DNA of 64,000 nucleotides, taken from contig JACDFN010000002.1 of NCBI GenBank assembly GCA_013815775.1, forward strand, positions 64,717-128,716. The letters are read 5' to 3'. The first letter of the stretch is position 1, and each line of letters starts with the position of its first letter. The notes beneath the pieces are model-generated. The model was not told the DNA's origin. It saw nothing but the letters and a program-made list of their open reading frames with translations, and searched no databases. Source of the stretch: Candidatus Saccharimonadota bacterium (GTDB taxonomy: Bacteria > Patescibacteriota > Saccharimonadia > Saccharimonadales > UBA10212). Both the position numbers and the translations under genes were made by a program. Positions 36,437 through 46,590 of this stretch are shown here, piece after piece.

Positions 36437-38206
36437 TTATACCGGTTTACTAGCCATTTGTAGCTGCGAATAAAGACGAAGTGCGGACTTGCCGATGTAG
36501 TAAGCGTGGAGGACAGCCTTCTTAATATTGCTGATGGTAACCAACAGCTGTCTTATGACTTCATGTGTTCCCTTGTCTTTAGAGTTGTTTTCTTCTTCAT
36601 CTTGTCCGGTTTTTAAAATCAGTTCGGGCAACCCCTCTTTTAAAGCAAGCTTAAGGCAAGAGTCAATTAATTTAGGGTCGTATTCTATCCTTGCGTGCTC
36701 GAAAAGTTGCATAAATAGCGCTTTTATTTCTTGTTCTACCTTCTCGGCAGTTATAATTTCATTCTTGTTCTCTATACTCGCTTCCATTACCTTATCTTCC
36801 AAACCGGGTTCGTAGTCGTTTTTGAGAACTTTCACGGAGTTTTGAACCCCCTCTACCCTAATACCAATTTCATCTAATAGGTAGTGAACAGTCTTAACGT
36901 CTTCCTCGTCCATCACTTCAACTCGCTGGGCTAACTGATGAATAGCTTGCTCTGTTTGTTCTACCGGCAAGCTTAGCCTGGGTACACTCTCAAGGCTACT
37001 GTCTGAATATTCAAGAGTCCGAACGGAAACAGGGCGAATATTTTTTATATCTAGAATAAAATCCTCATCAAAACCGGCACTCATAGCCTCATCGGTTGAT
37101 ACATCTTCCGTCAGTTGCCAACTTTCGCGTAGGTCTACTTCTTGCTCAATCGCGACACCTCCGTCGTATTTAATAAGAGGTTCTAATTCTAAATCGATAG
37201 CTTCAGGTTGTGGGCTTGGCGTAGAATGTTGCCCCTTCTCTGTCAGATAATTTTCTAAGGTTTCCTCCGACGATTTACCTGCGCGGCTAGTTTTAACTTC
37301 AAGCTCCGGAGTTTCGTATTCGGTTGGTTTAACAGAACTTTCTGTTAAAATTTCTCTTTTTGTGTAAGGGGTTTCAAAAAAGGTATTCTCAACCATCTGT
37401 TGTTCAGAGGTTTCACTAATCATTAGTGTGTCTTTGGACGCTTCATGTACTTCGGCGTAGACCGTCTCTGTAAAGGCCGCCGCCCTGACCTCTGGACGAA
37501 TCACTTCATTAGTTGTAATAGCTTCCGAAACTACGTTCGGAGAAGTGGTTTTGAAGGTCTGAGTATAATTTTCTACAACTGAAACCGCCGGTTCTGGCTG
37601 AGGAGCTATCTCCGTCACATTAATCTTTTCAGCCCGAGGTTGCTGCGGTGTACCCATCCTTGTTTCTGTAGTAACAGAATCCGAAATAACTTCAGGTATT
37701 TCCACTACCCTTTGTACATAGACAGGCTGAGAGTTCTCTTGCTCAGTAGAGTTAGCTACAGCGGTTTGTTTAGCCGGCTGCGTTACTTCTTTAGTAACTT
37801 CAACTTCTTGCTTATCTCCCTCGGTTGAGTTGTTGTGGGCAATTCTTTCGTCTGCTTGCTGCTGTTCAGAAGCATCGTTCTCAAAGCTTTTTGTAACTTC
37901 TTTTTCATCATCTTCTTTTGTCTCATCCTCTACTTCTATACGTGTTGCGGCAGTTACGCCCAGCGCACCTTCACCCAGGGTCATTACTAGCATTCTCAAC
38001 CCGGAACATCCCATAGCTTCATGATAGGTTACTAGTTCTCCATCATGGTCGCGGGTAAACTCATGGCCGTGCTTTTCTAAAAATGATGCAATTGGGTCAG
38101 AAACTAGACCATTCTCTATTTCTAAACTGCCAGTAACGGTTTCAGAGGTTTCTTGGTCTAGTGAATAAGTCTGTTGGTACTCGGTCGGAGATAAAAGCCC
38201 ACTCAT
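36437..38206 (-). CDS. hypothetical 589-aa highly acidic protein (Glu/Thr/Ser/Val-rich, largely low complexity, helical C-terminal ~150 aa)
   Basis: Long uninterrupted ORF. Its N-terminal ~80 aa resembles the preceding 99-aa protein. No known domain recognised. Confidence 0.6.
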   Translation of the reverse strand: MSGLLSPTEYQQTYSLDQETSETVTGSLEIENGLVSDPIASFLEKHGHEFTRDHDGELVTYHEAMGCSGLRMLVMTLGEGALGVTAATRIEVEDETKEDDEKEVTKSFENDASEQQQADERIAHNNSTEGDKQEVEVTKEVTQPAKQTAVANSTEQENSQPVYVQRVVEIPEVISDSVTTETRMGTPQQPRAEKINVTEIAPQPEPAVSVVENYTQTFKTTSPNVVSEAITTNEVIRPEVRAAAFTETVYAEVHEASKDTLMISETSEQQMVENTFFETPYTKREILTESSVKPTEYETPELEVKTSRAGKSSEETLENYLTEKGQHSTPSPQPEAIDLELEPLIKYDGGVAIEQEVDLRESWQLTEDVSTDEAMSAGFDEDFILDIKNIRPVSVRTLEYSDSSLESVPRLSLPVEQTEQAIHQLAQRVEVMDEEDVKTVHYLLDEIGIRVEGVQNSVKVLKNDYEPGLEDKVMEASIENKNEIITAEKVEQEIKALFMQLFEHARIEYDPKLIDSCLKLALKEGLPELILKTGQDEEENNSKDKGTHEVIRQLLVTISNIKKAVLHAYYIGKSALRLYSQLQMASKPV

Positions 38207-38216
38207 TCTTTTTAAC

Positions 38217-38516
38217 CTACCCTACTTTATAAATATCAACCATTGCCTGCAGCTGTTCCGGACTTGATGCCCGCAGCAGGGCTGATATCAAGGGTGGACA
38301 TTTTAATTGTGCTTCAGTGAGAGTCATTATTTCAACATCGTGCCCGGGTTTCCCGTAATCTGGATCTTTAAACAATATGTTCCCGTATTCTGTTAATAGG
38401 TTTTCTAATGAAGATTTCTGCCCTGCTTCTCCCACTTTTTCGACTGACCCGCCGAGATTATTTGAGCCCGGGTTATTGGCATCACCTCTAATAAATTCTC
38501 CAGACTCCATGCTCAT
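38217..38516 (-). CDS. hypothetical 99-aa protein sharing an N-terminal module with the 589-aa protein
   Basis: SLENLLTEYGNILFKDPDYGKPGHDVEIMTLTEAQLKCPPL here, against IASFLEKHGHEFTRDHDGELVTYHEAMGCSGL in the next gene. Lies 21 nt downstream of cyoE. Confidence 0.55.
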   Translation of the reverse strand: MSMESGEFIRGDANNPGSNNLGGSVEKVGEAGQKSSLENLLTEYGNILFKDPDYGKPGHDVEIMTLTEAQLKCPPLISALLRASSPEQLQAMVDIYKVG

Positions 38517-38537
38517 GTACCCCTTATTATATACACT

Positions 38538-39392
38538 TTAAGGTAACCACGCATCCAACGAAATAGTTAGAGATAGCAGAGTAATAACCAGTAGAGAAGA
38601 TTTAAACATTTTCTTTGCCCAAGCGCGGTCATCCGCTGCACCGAATCCTTGCAGTCCCAGTCGCAACCAAAAAAATCCCAACGCCAAAACGACCAAGAGA
38701 TAAGTAAAACCCGTATATCCGAAGATGCCAAGCGCCAGGCAAGTAAATATAAAAGCAACTATGTATACGAACATATTAATTTTGGTATTTAGTAGACCCT
38801 TTTTTACTGGTAAGACAGGAATCCCTGCTGTCCTGTAATCTTTAAAGCGATAAATAGCAATAGCAAAGAAATGCGGCATCTGCCACATTACTAAAATTAG
38901 AAAGAGTATAGCCGCAGCAAGGTCTATACTTCCAGATACGGACGTGTAGCCGACGACGGGTGGCACCGCACCAGAAATACTACCAACAAGAGTTCCGTAG
39001 ACTGAATGCCTCTTAAAGTAGCCGTAAGCCACAACGTAAAAAAATAGGCCTATTAGGGCTATAGCTAATGTTATTAAATTAATGAATAAAGCAAGTAGAG
39101 CAGCTCCAATAATCCCCAATATTAACGCATAAATGAGTGCACTGGTGACAGAAATTGTACCGGAAACAAGTGCTCTCTTCTTGGTCCGTGCCATTTTGGA
39201 ATCTATATCACGGTCTATGTAATTATTGAACACACAGGCCGAAGCAATAGTTAGGGATAAACCCCCAAGCATAGCTATGTATAAACTAAAGTCTATGTTG
39301 CCTTTTGAAGCTAGAAAAAAACCAGCGGTGGCAGTTATGGCGTTACCGCGGATAATTCCCGGCTTTGCCAGAAGATAGTAGGGTTTTAGCAT
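38538..39392 (-). CDS. cyoE: protoheme IX farnesyltransferase (heme O synthase)
   Basis: 284 aa. UbiA-family polytopic protein with NNYIDRDID (NxxxDxxxD). Confidence 0.9.
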   Translation of the reverse strand: MLKPYYLLAKPGIIRGNAITATAGFFLASKGNIDFSLYIAMLGGLSLTIASACVFNNYIDRDIDSKMARTKKRALVSGTISVTSALIYALILGIIGAALLALFINLITLAIALIGLFFYVVAYGYFKRHSVYGTLVGSISGAVPPVVGYTSVSGSIDLAAAILFLILVMWQMPHFFAIAIYRFKDYRTAGIPVLPVKKGLLNTKINMFVYIVAFIFTCLALGIFGYTGFTYLLVVLALGFFWLRLGLQGFGAADDRAWAKKMFKSSLLVITLLSLTISLDAWLP

Positions 39393-39760
39393 TATCTAGG
39401 AATTGCCTCTTCCTCCAGCAACTTCGTCTCAATTTCGGTTGGAGTCATCGTATTATAATCGAGGTTACTCATAATCCATAAGCTACCGCCCACTAAAACT
39501 ACAAGCACCAGCGCCATGAAGCTAAATACAGTTAGATTCCAGCGAGGTTTAGACTCACGGCCTAAGTGTAAAAAGAAAACCAACTGTACTAATAATTGGG
39601 CAACACCCAACCCCATAATTGTTAAAATTAACTGGCGACTTTCTAAAACTCGGTTCACGACCAAAAAATAGGCAGCTAGTGTTAGCTCTAACGACAAGAT
39701 AAAACCAAAAAGATAAGATACTGTTGTCCCCCGCCCGGCTCCGTGTATCCGCTTAACCAT
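39392..39760 (-). CDS. cyoD: cytochrome bo-type quinol oxidase subunit IV
   Basis: 122 aa, 3 TM. Positioned between subunit III and cyoE, with overlapping stop/start codons. Confidence 0.8.
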   Translation of the reverse strand: MVKRIHGAGRGTTVSYLFGFILSLELTLAAYFLVVNRVLESRQLILTIMGLGVAQLLVQLVFFLHLGRESKPRWNLTVFSFMALVLVVLVGGSLWIMSNLDYNTMTPTEIETKLLEEEAIPR

Positions 39761-40343
39761 AGATGTCTCCAGCTAAGTAAACGATGGTAAATATAAATAT
39801 CCAAACAATATCCAAAAAATGCCAGAACAATGAAAGCATTGTTAAGCGTTTTGCGCTAGCAATGGAAATCCCCTGGCGGTAGATTTTTATCATCATTACC
39901 CCCATCCAAAGTAATCCAGTAGTGATATGCAATCCATGAGTACCCACTAGCGTAAAAAAAGCCGATAGAAATCCAGACCTTTGCCAACCGTTACCCTCTT
40001 GGTATAAGTTTGCAAATTCGTATAACTCTAATCCTAAAAAGGATAAACCAAGTGCGAAGGTTATTCCGAACCACGCCAACACCTGATTGTTGTCACGCCG
40101 ATGTACGGCTAGCATAGCTAGTCCAGCGGTAAAACTACTCGTAAGCAGGATCAAAGTCTCTAGCAGGACAAACGGTAGACTGAATAACTCTGCTCCGGAA
40201 GGCCCCCCGAATGTGTTGCCTCTAAGAACCACAAAAACAGCAAACAGTGATGCAAATAGAATGCAGTCGGTCATTAGATAGACCCAAAAACCAAATACAG
40301 TTTTATCAGCTTTCGAATCGGTCGCAGTTAACTGTTCGTTCAT
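39753..40343 (-). CDS. cyoC: cytochrome bo-type quinol oxidase subunit III
   Basis: 196 aa, 5 TM. Heme-copper oxidase subunit III pattern ([31 protein letters not shown]). Confidence 0.9.
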   Translation of the reverse strand: MNEQLTATDSKADKTVFGFWVYLMTDCILFASLFAVFVVLRGNTFGGPSGAELFSLPFVLLETLILLTSSFTAGLAMLAVHRRDNNQVLAWFGITFALGLSFLGLELYEFANLYQEGNGWQRSGFLSAFFTLVGTHGLHITTGLLWMGVMMIKIYRQGISIASAKRLTMLSLFWHFLDIVWIFIFTIVYLAGDIYG

Positions 40344-42298
40344 ACGTATTGCTCTTCTTCCAACTTTCTAACTTTAGATGCTGGCAAGGTATATTCTGTG
40401 TGCTCATCCGATACACGGATAATGATGGTTACAATCAAGCCCACTAGGCAAGCAACAGCTAACCACCAAATATGCCAAATTAAGGCAAATCCGCCCATAA
40501 TACTAAATGCGGCAATAATCATACCCACGGGACTATTTTTTGGCAGACGAATACTTTCATAATGTAGCTTTTCTGAGCTGGAAGTCTTAGCTTGCTTTAG
40601 AGCCCAAAAAGCGTCGCGGTCGGATACTGGGGGGACGTGGGCAAAATTATATATTTGTGGCGGAGAGCTTGTGGCCCATTCCAGTGTTCTTCCGTCCCAT
40701 GGGTCCCCTGTTAGGTCACTGTTCTCCTCTCGCATCAAGATGCTATAGGCCAGTTGTAATATCTGAAAACCAATTCCGACCATTATGATGGCTCCACCAA
40801 CACCAGCAACAATAAATAACCCCTGCCACCCCATGGACGCATCGTAGTGATCTAACCGGCGAGTAGCACCCATTAAGCCAAGTATATAAAGTGGCACAAA
40901 GGCTAAAATAAACCCGCCAATCCAACAGAAAACAGCGTATCTGCCCAACCTTTCATTTAATTTAAAGCCAAAGATTTTAGGAAACCAGTAGGTAAGACCG
41001 GCAAAGAAACCAAACAGTACCCCTCCGACTACCATTGAGTGAAAATGGGCAACCAAGAATAAGCTATTGTGAACTTGAAAATCTGCCGGTGGCACGGCCA
41101 TCAGCACGCCGGCCATTCCCCCGATGGTAAAAATGATTACAAAGCCCAGAAACCAGAGCATTGGTGTAGCAAATGTAATTTTTCCACGGTACATAGTGAA
41201 AAGCCAGTTAAATACTTTGACACCCGTGGGTATAGCAATAACCATAGTCATTATTCCGAAGAAAGCGTTGACGTTTGCACCTGCCCCCATGGTAAAAAAG
41301 TGATGCAACCAAACAATAAAAGACAAAAAAGTGATAGCAATAAGGGCAATTACCATCGAGGTGTAGCCAAATAGTCTTTTTCGCGAAAAAGTGGCCACTA
41401 CCTCAGAGAAAATCCCAAAAGCCGGCAAAATTAAAATATAAACCTCGGGGTGTCCCCAGGCCCATATAAGGTTTACGTACATCATAGGGTTACCTCCAAA
41501 ATCGGAAGTAAAAAAATGCATGCCAAGTAAGCGGTCCAAAGATAGCATCCCCAGAGTTGCGGTCAAGATTGGGAATGCAAATATTACCAAAATCATACTA
41601 GTTAAAACGCTCCAAGTGAACATTGGCATTTTCATAAGAGTCATACCAGCTCGGCGCATTTTTAAAATAGTTACAAAAAAATTAATACCAGCTAGCAAGC
41701 TCCCAACTCCGGCAATCTGCAGTGCCCATATCCAATAGTCGACACCTACCCCTGGACTGTACTCAAGACCCGACAGTGGTGGGTAAGCAAGCCACCCGGC
41801 AGCCGAAAACTCACCTACGCCAAGCGACACGTTAACCAGTATAGCGCCGGCAGCAAACAGCCAGAAACTTACAGAATTTAAAAACGGAAAGGCTACATCG
41901 CGGGCGCCGATTTGGAGCGGTACAATCCAGTTTATGAGTCCAAACATCAGTCCCATGGCAACGAAAAAAATCATGATGGTACCGTGTGCCGAGAAAACCT
42001 GCTGGAACTGGTCGGCACTCAAAATACCCTGCGAATCCCCTGAAGAAAGAGCCTGTTGGGTGCGCATCATAACAGCATCGGCGGCACCACGCAGCAACAT
42101 CAAAAGAGCAATTACTATGTACATTACTCCTATTCTCTTGGGATCAAGGGAGGTCAACCAGTTTCTATAAAGCCATTTCCAGCGCTTAAAGTAAAATAAA
42201 AGACCAATAACGGTTAAGATCCCTAGGGTACCGGATATAAGACCACCAAGTGTAATAGGGTCGGTGGGAATGGCATCAAGGTTCAGTCTTCCCAGCAT
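40340..42298 (-). CDS. cyoB: cytochrome bo-type quinol oxidase subunit I (heme-copper oxidase catalytic subunit)
   Basis: 652 aa. [34 protein letters not shown]. Confidence 0.95.
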   Translation of the reverse strand: MLGRLNLDAIPTDPITLGGLISGTLGILTVIGLLFYFKRWKWLYRNWLTSLDPKRIGVMYIVIALLMLLRGAADAVMMRTQQALSSGDSQGILSADQFQQVFSAHGTIMIFFVAMGLMFGLINWIVPLQIGARDVAFPFLNSVSFWLFAAGAILVNVSLGVGEFSAAGWLAYPPLSGLEYSPGVGVDYWIWALQIAGVGSLLAGINFFVTILKMRRAGMTLMKMPMFTWSVLTSMILVIFAFPILTATLGMLSLDRLLGMHFFTSDFGGNPMMYVNLIWAWGHPEVYILILPAFGIFSEVVATFSRKRLFGYTSMVIALIAITFLSFIVWLHHFFTMGAGANVNAFFGIMTMVIAIPTGVKVFNWLFTMYRGKITFATPMLWFLGFVIIFTIGGMAGVLMAVPPADFQVHNSLFLVAHFHSMVVGGVLFGFFAGLTYWFPKIFGFKLNERLGRYAVFCWIGGFILAFVPLYILGLMGATRRLDHYDASMGWQGLFIVAGVGGAIIMVGIGFQILQLAYSILMREENSDLTGDPWDGRTLEWATSSPPQIYNFAHVPPVSDRDAFWALKQAKTSSSEKLHYESIRLPKNSPVGMIIAAFSIMGGFALIWHIWWLAVACLVGLIVTIIIRVSDEHTEYTLPASKVRKLEEEQYV

Positions 42299-42312
42299 TT
42301 TATTTCCGTACC

Positions 42313-43236
42313 TTAATGATGACCATTACTATCATATTCAGAGTAGCTCCCGTCTTGATACCCAGCTTGTCCAAAAACGCCAGGCGCCATGTATTTCATT
42401 ATTACTTTACCCTGTAAATTGTCTTCAGTCGATGAGAAGTAAGTAACCTTGTTATTCTGACTAGGCTTGGCTAACATTTTGTATTGGTCCAAGCTAAGTG
42501 TACTGCCGGTGCTTTTAACCGATTCCACCCAAGAATTAAAATTGCCACGGCTGCTCGAGCGTGCCGTAAAGTCCATGCCAGCAAAACCACGGCCACTAAT
42601 GTTTGCTGACGAGCCTCGGAAATCACCTGCTTCGCCGGCTATTAAGTGTAGTTTTGTTTTCATACCGGCCATAGCATAAACCTGACCTCCAAGCTGAGGA
42701 ATCCAAAAAGAATTCATAGGTGCATCGGAGGTTATTTCAAAGCTTACTGGCGTATCTACCGGAAACTGGACTAAATTAACAGTGGCAATATTTTGTTCTG
42801 GGTATATAAATAGCCATTTCCACTGCAGAGCAACTACTTGAACGGTGATGGGCTTTTTATTAACCGCGATTGGTCTAAAGGGATCAAGTTCGTGCGTGCT
42901 TCGCCAGGTTATTAAACTTAGAACGACTATTATCACTGTGGGAATTGCCCACCAGGTAAATTCAATTAACCGGTTATGGTCCAAATCTGGAGAATATTTT
43001 GCCTTTGTATTACTCGCCCGGTATTTCCAGGCAATAAAAAAGGTAAGAATAAATACGGGAATTACCACAATTAACATAAGCATTGTTGTAGTAATAATTA
43101 GGTCGCGTTCTTTGCTGGCTATGACTCCTTTTGGGTTAAGCACAGCTACATTACTAGTTTTTAGATATAAGATTAAAGCTACTACCGCGGCTGTAGCCAG
43201 TAGAGCGAAAAATAGAACTTTATATTTCCGTTTCAT
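42313..43236 (-). CDS. cyoA: cytochrome bo-type quinol oxidase subunit II
   Basis: 307 aa. N-terminal TMs and a cupredoxin domain. [48 protein letters not shown] follows the quinol-oxidase (CyoA) pattern and lacks the CuA Cys-x3-Cys ligands. Confidence 0.9.
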   Translation of the reverse strand: MKRKYKVLFFALLATAAVVALILYLKTSNVAVLNPKGVIASKERDLIITTTMLMLIVVIPVFILTFFIAWKYRASNTKAKYSPDLDHNRLIEFTWWAIPTVIIVVLSLITWRSTHELDPFRPIAVNKKPITVQVVALQWKWLFIYPEQNIATVNLVQFPVDTPVSFEITSDAPMNSFWIPQLGGQVYAMAGMKTKLHLIAGEAGDFRGSSANISGRGFAGMDFTARSSSRGNFNSWVESVKSTGSTLSLDQYKMLAKPSQNNKVTYFSSTEDNLQGKVIMKYMAPGVFGQAGYQDGSYSEYDSNGHH

Positions 43237-43300
43237 CCCTTATGGCTTAAGCTTACTCAAGTTAATTGATAGTAGCAAGTAAGATTAAACCCTGATGGCT

Positions 43301-43531
43301 CTATGTGGATCTGGGCCTGAAAGATTTTCTATTTTTTACTACCCGGCGTGCTACCTCAAAAAAACCTGCTTGAGCTGCGTTTAGTACTCCCCATCCCGTT
43401 AAAAAAGAGCTTTCAATTGCTATGCCGGGCCCACCAACGGCTATTGCACCAATGGCATTAAAGTTACGCAGCAAACGTAACACTTTTTCGCTTTTACCTT
43501 CGTTAACCGACATTGTTTCGCCTCTGCCCAT
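43301..43531 (-). CDS. hypothetical small protein (70-76 aa, Gly/Ala-rich hydrophobic core)
   Basis: ORF between the histidine kinase and cyoA. Met at 43513 is an alternative start. No motif recognised. Confidence 0.45.
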   Translation of the reverse strand: MGRGETMSVNEGKSEKVLRLLRNFNAIGAIAVGGPGIAIESSFLTGWGVLNAAQAGFFEVARRVVKNRKSFRPRST

Positions 43532-43539
43532 AGTATAAA

Positions 43540-44538
43540 TTATACGCCAGCCGGCAATCGTACGGTAAAGGCAGTTCCTTTGTTGGGTGCGCTCTTAACT
43601 TCTATGGATCCGTTGTGAAGTTCTGTAATTTTTTTAGCTATTGCTAACCCTAGGCCATAACCACCAACTGTGCTTTTAGTTCGTGAAGAATCGGCTCGAT
43701 AAAACCGTTCGAAAATTCTAGGTAATTCCGAAGCCTGAATCCCAATGCCATTGTCAGAGACTTTAATAAAAGAGCTCCTATCTTTTTGATAGATGCTTAC
43801 CGTAACCTCACTACCAGAGGGGCTGTATTTAATAGCATTATCCATGAGAATGGAGACAAGATCTACGAGACTTTCGCGGTCTCCCTTCGCTGGCACATTT
43901 TTAAGCTGTGTTTGAATATTAATATTTTTCTGTTCAGCAATTTTTGTAAATCTTTCCAGGGAGTCGGTTACCACTCCTCGAAGCGACACACTATTTTTAA
44001 TAGCAAGCATATTTTCACCAGACGCTAGCCTCAAGAGTCCCGCAGATAAGTTTTTCAATTTACCCACTTCTTCCAAGTTGCTTTCCAGAAGGTTCTTTGT
44101 CTCATTCTTGCTAAGATTTTTGTCTCTTAGCGCCACTTCTATCTCGGCTTGCATTGCTGTTAGTGGTGTTCGAAGTTCGTGACTGGCATCTGCAGTAAAT
44201 CTTTTTTGAGCTTCCAAAGAAGCCTCTAGCGGGCGTAAAGTTCTTCTTGCCAAAGCGTAACTGCCAGCGCCGCCAGCTGTTAAAACAAAGAAGTTAAAAA
44301 GTATTAAATCAGCTCGAAGACGACCTAAACCTTGATCTAATTGACGCTGGCGCAACCTTGCAAAAGTACTAAAATCTGATGGACTAAGATCTTTGTTGAA
44401 AAAATAAACTTGTCGACGGGTATTATTTGCCAGCTCTTCGCTGGAGAGACGGTAAATGACAAAGCTTAACCCTAAGCTTAGAGTCATGATTACCGATATG
44501 TACCAAATGGTCAGCTTGACAGCGGCAGAACGAAACAT
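43540..44538 (-). CDS. sensor histidine kinase (2 TM, HisKA + HATPase_c)
   Basis: 332 aa. H-box FTADASHELRTPL, N box LMDNAIKYS, G boxes DNGIGI / GGYGLGL. Confidence 0.85.
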   Translation of the reverse strand: MFRSAAVKLTIWYISVIMTLSLGLSFVIYRLSSEELANNTRRQVYFFNKDLSPSDFSTFARLRQRQLDQGLGRLRADLILFNFFVLTAGGAGSYALARRTLRPLEASLEAQKRFTADASHELRTPLTAMQAEIEVALRDKNLSKNETKNLLESNLEEVGKLKNLSAGLLRLASGENMLAIKNSVSLRGVVTDSLERFTKIAEQKNINIQTQLKNVPAKGDRESLVDLVSILMDNAIKYSPSGSEVTVSIYQKDRSSFIKVSDNGIGIQASELPRIFERFYRADSSRTKSTVGGYGLGLAIAKKITELHNGSIEVKSAPNKGTAFTVRLPAGV

Positions 44539-44540
44539 AA

Positions 44541-45230
44541 CTAACTACTAAATTTCCTTTCTCCGAGCCTGTAGCCAAAACCTCGCTGGGTTTGAATTAA
44601 CGGGGGAGCATCAAAGGGCTTGTCAATTTTGTTTCTCAAATAACCGATATATACTTCTACAGTATTTGGAAGAACGTCAGCATCAAAATCCCAAACATGG
44701 GATATTAGGGTGTTTTTACTTAATATGCGGCCAGCATTCCTCATTAAATACTCTAGCAAAGCGAACTCCTTACCGCTGAGTTCAATTAGCTTGTCGGCAC
44801 GTGAGACTTCGTAAGTTACGGTATCTAAACTTAAGTCGGCCACCCGAAGAACCGTTCCCGAAGTGCTCGGAGAACGCCGCAGAAGAGCCCTTATACGAGC
44901 TAGTAGTTCATCAAAAGAAAAGGGCTTTACTAAATAATCATCAGCTCCGGCATCTAAACCTTCTACCCGATCAGCTATTTGGTCTTTAGCTGTTAAAAGC
45001 AGTATTGGCGAATGTATATCGGCGTCTCTGATCTTCCGGCATATATCAGCTCCTTCCATCGACCCGGGAAGCATACGGTCAATTATCATTAAGTCGTACG
45101 GCTCACTTAGTGCTGCACCAAGGCCGCTATCAGAGTCCCCTTCGACATCAACTGCATATTTTTCCTGCATTAAACCGCTCTTAATCGCCCCGGCTATTTT
45201 CGGTTCATCCTCGATGACTAAAATTCTCAT
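44541..45230 (-). CDS. OmpR-family DNA-binding response regulator
   Basis: 229 aa. REC (ILVIEDE, DLMIIDRMLP, LLLTAK) plus a winged helix (LSGKEFALLEYLM, TQRGFGYRL). Confidence 0.9.
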   Translation of the reverse strand: MRILVIEDEPKIAGAIKSGLMQEKYAVDVEGDSDSGLGAALSEPYDLMIIDRMLPGSMEGADICRKIRDADIHSPILLLTAKDQIADRVEGLDAGADDYLVKPFSFDELLARIRALLRRSPSTSGTVLRVADLSLDTVTYEVSRADKLIELSGKEFALLEYLMRNAGRILSKNTLISHVWDFDADVLPNTVEVYIGYLRNKIDKPFDAPPLIQTQRGFGYRLGERKFSS

Positions 45231-45294
45231 ACCTGTATTTTACTTTAAAAGGACTGAGAAGTATCTGAGTAGGCTCTAGTAGTTATTTTCGCTT

Positions 45295-46227
45295 ATGATG
45301 TACAATAAATTCTATAAAATGCAAAAAACAAAAAAATACTTTTTACAAATGCTTGGTGCTGCCGGGGTAGCCACTTGCCTGATCTTGTTTCTTATCAACC
45401 CTAGCTTCCCTACTCCAGACAAGATTTTATTCTTTTTAGTTTTTGTGTTTATGATTTTTAAACAAGCAACGGTGATGCTAAGACGCCTTTTGCCTTTCGT
45501 AGCCGTCCTGCTGGTTTATGAGTCCTTTCGTGGTTTTGCCGACGAGCTTGGGGCTCAGGTGAACTTTACCCTGGCTCCCGCGGCGGATGAATTGTTGTTT
45601 GGGGGTTTACCCACCACCTATTTGCAGAATCTACTATGGACTGGCTCGGTAAGTTGGTATGACTTTGTTTTTTACGGAGCCTATTTACTGCATTTTATAT
45701 TACCGATCGCACTGGTCATTTTGATCTGGAAGACGCGTCCAAAGCACTACTGGAGGTCTGTGGCAAGTTTTACGATAGTGGCTTTTGCGGCTTTTGTTAC
45801 GTATTTTTTAATACCAGCTGCACCGCCGTGGATGGCCGCCGAACAAGGCTACATAGCACCGATCACTCGTATATCTAGCGAAGTTTGGGGAGCTTTTGGT
45901 TTACAAGACTTTCCATCTTTATACAACAGCATAAGCCCCAACCCTGTGGCTGCCATTCCGTCTTTGCACGCCGCCTGGGCAACACTAATTAGTATTATAG
46001 TACTTAGGCTTTACGGTGGAAGATGGGGGCTATTCTCAGCGATATATCCAGTCCTTATTTTCATTGGCACTGTTTACCAAGGCGAGCACTATGTATTCGA
46101 TGTAATTTTAGGTGTTATCTACGCTGCTGCTGGCTATTACTTAACTTACTACGCTGTAAACTTGCTTCAAGCCCGAAAAACTTACCGTCGAAAAGCATTG
46201 AGGCTAAAAACCGCTAAGGCTCATTAA
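45295..46227 (+). CDS. PAP2-superfamily membrane phosphatase/transferase
   Basis: 310 aa, polytopic. C-terminal PAP2 motif region IPSLHAAWA ... GEHYVFDV. Confidence 0.75.
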   Translation: MMYNKFYKMQKTKKYFLQMLGAAGVATCLILFLINPSFPTPDKILFFLVFVFMIFKQATVMLRRLLPFVAVLLVYESFRGFADELGAQVNFTLAPAADELLFGGLPTTYLQNLLWTGSVSWYDFVFYGAYLLHFILPIALVILIWKTRPKHYWRSVASFTIVAFAAFVTYFLIPAAPPWMAAEQGYIAPITRISSEVWGAFGLQDFPSLYNSISPNPVAAIPSLHAAWATLISIIVLRLYGGRWGLFSAIYPVLIFIGTVYQGEHYVFDVILGVIYAAAGYYLTYYAVNLLQARKTYRRKALRLKTAKAH

Positions 46228-46331
46228 AGCCAACCAGGTAGTGTATTTATCTAGCAGGAACTCTTACAAGAGAGCGCTCAGCTACTACTCAGAAAAGAAG
46301 CCTATACTTTTTTAGACATTGTTTGATGCTG

Positions 46332-46366
46332 GGGAATATTCCCTTGCGCCTAAACTGTTGTATACT
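46332..46366 (+). promoter_or_regulatory. candidate promoter with palindromic operator (GGGAATATTCCC - 17 nt - TATACT)
   Basis: Perfect 12-bp palindrome at 46332-46343, exactly where a -35 element would sit relative to TATACT (46361-46366). Lies 48 nt upstream of the small-peptide ORF. Confidence 0.3.
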
Positions 46367-46413
46367 AAATAACGATTTTATCGTAAGACCAACGTAGTCT
46401 AAGGAGATTTATT

Positions 46414-46587
46414 TTGTACGGAATTGAGAATTTTAGTTATCTAGATCCTGGTACTGGGAGCATAATTGTCCAGTCCGTTATTGGTGTTGTGGCTGGCGTT
46501 GGAATATTTGGACGCCGATTATTCACTGGGGTTGGTCACAAGATTAGGTCTGTGCTACCCCGTTCAAGTTCTAATAAATCAGAGTAG
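46414..46587 (+). CDS. 57-aa membrane peptide (TTG start) with YLDPGTGS motif
   Basis: Below the track cut-off. SD AAGGAG 8 nt before the TTG. Translation (M)YGIENFSYLDPGTGSIIVQSVIGVVAGVGIFGRRLFTGVGHKIRSVLPRSSSNKSE. The stop is 3 nt before the next gene's GTG. Confidence 0.5.
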   Translation: MYGIENFSYLDPGTGSIIVQSVIGVVAGVGIFGRRLFTGVGHKIRSVLPRSSSNKSE

Positions 46588-46590
46588 GCT

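Noticed and set aside
36528-43282. Numerous + strand track ORFs antisense to the acidic-protein gene and the cyo operon
   Set aside because: These are Ser/Phe/Cys-rich or otherwise low-complexity shadows of long, well-supported minus-strand genes.
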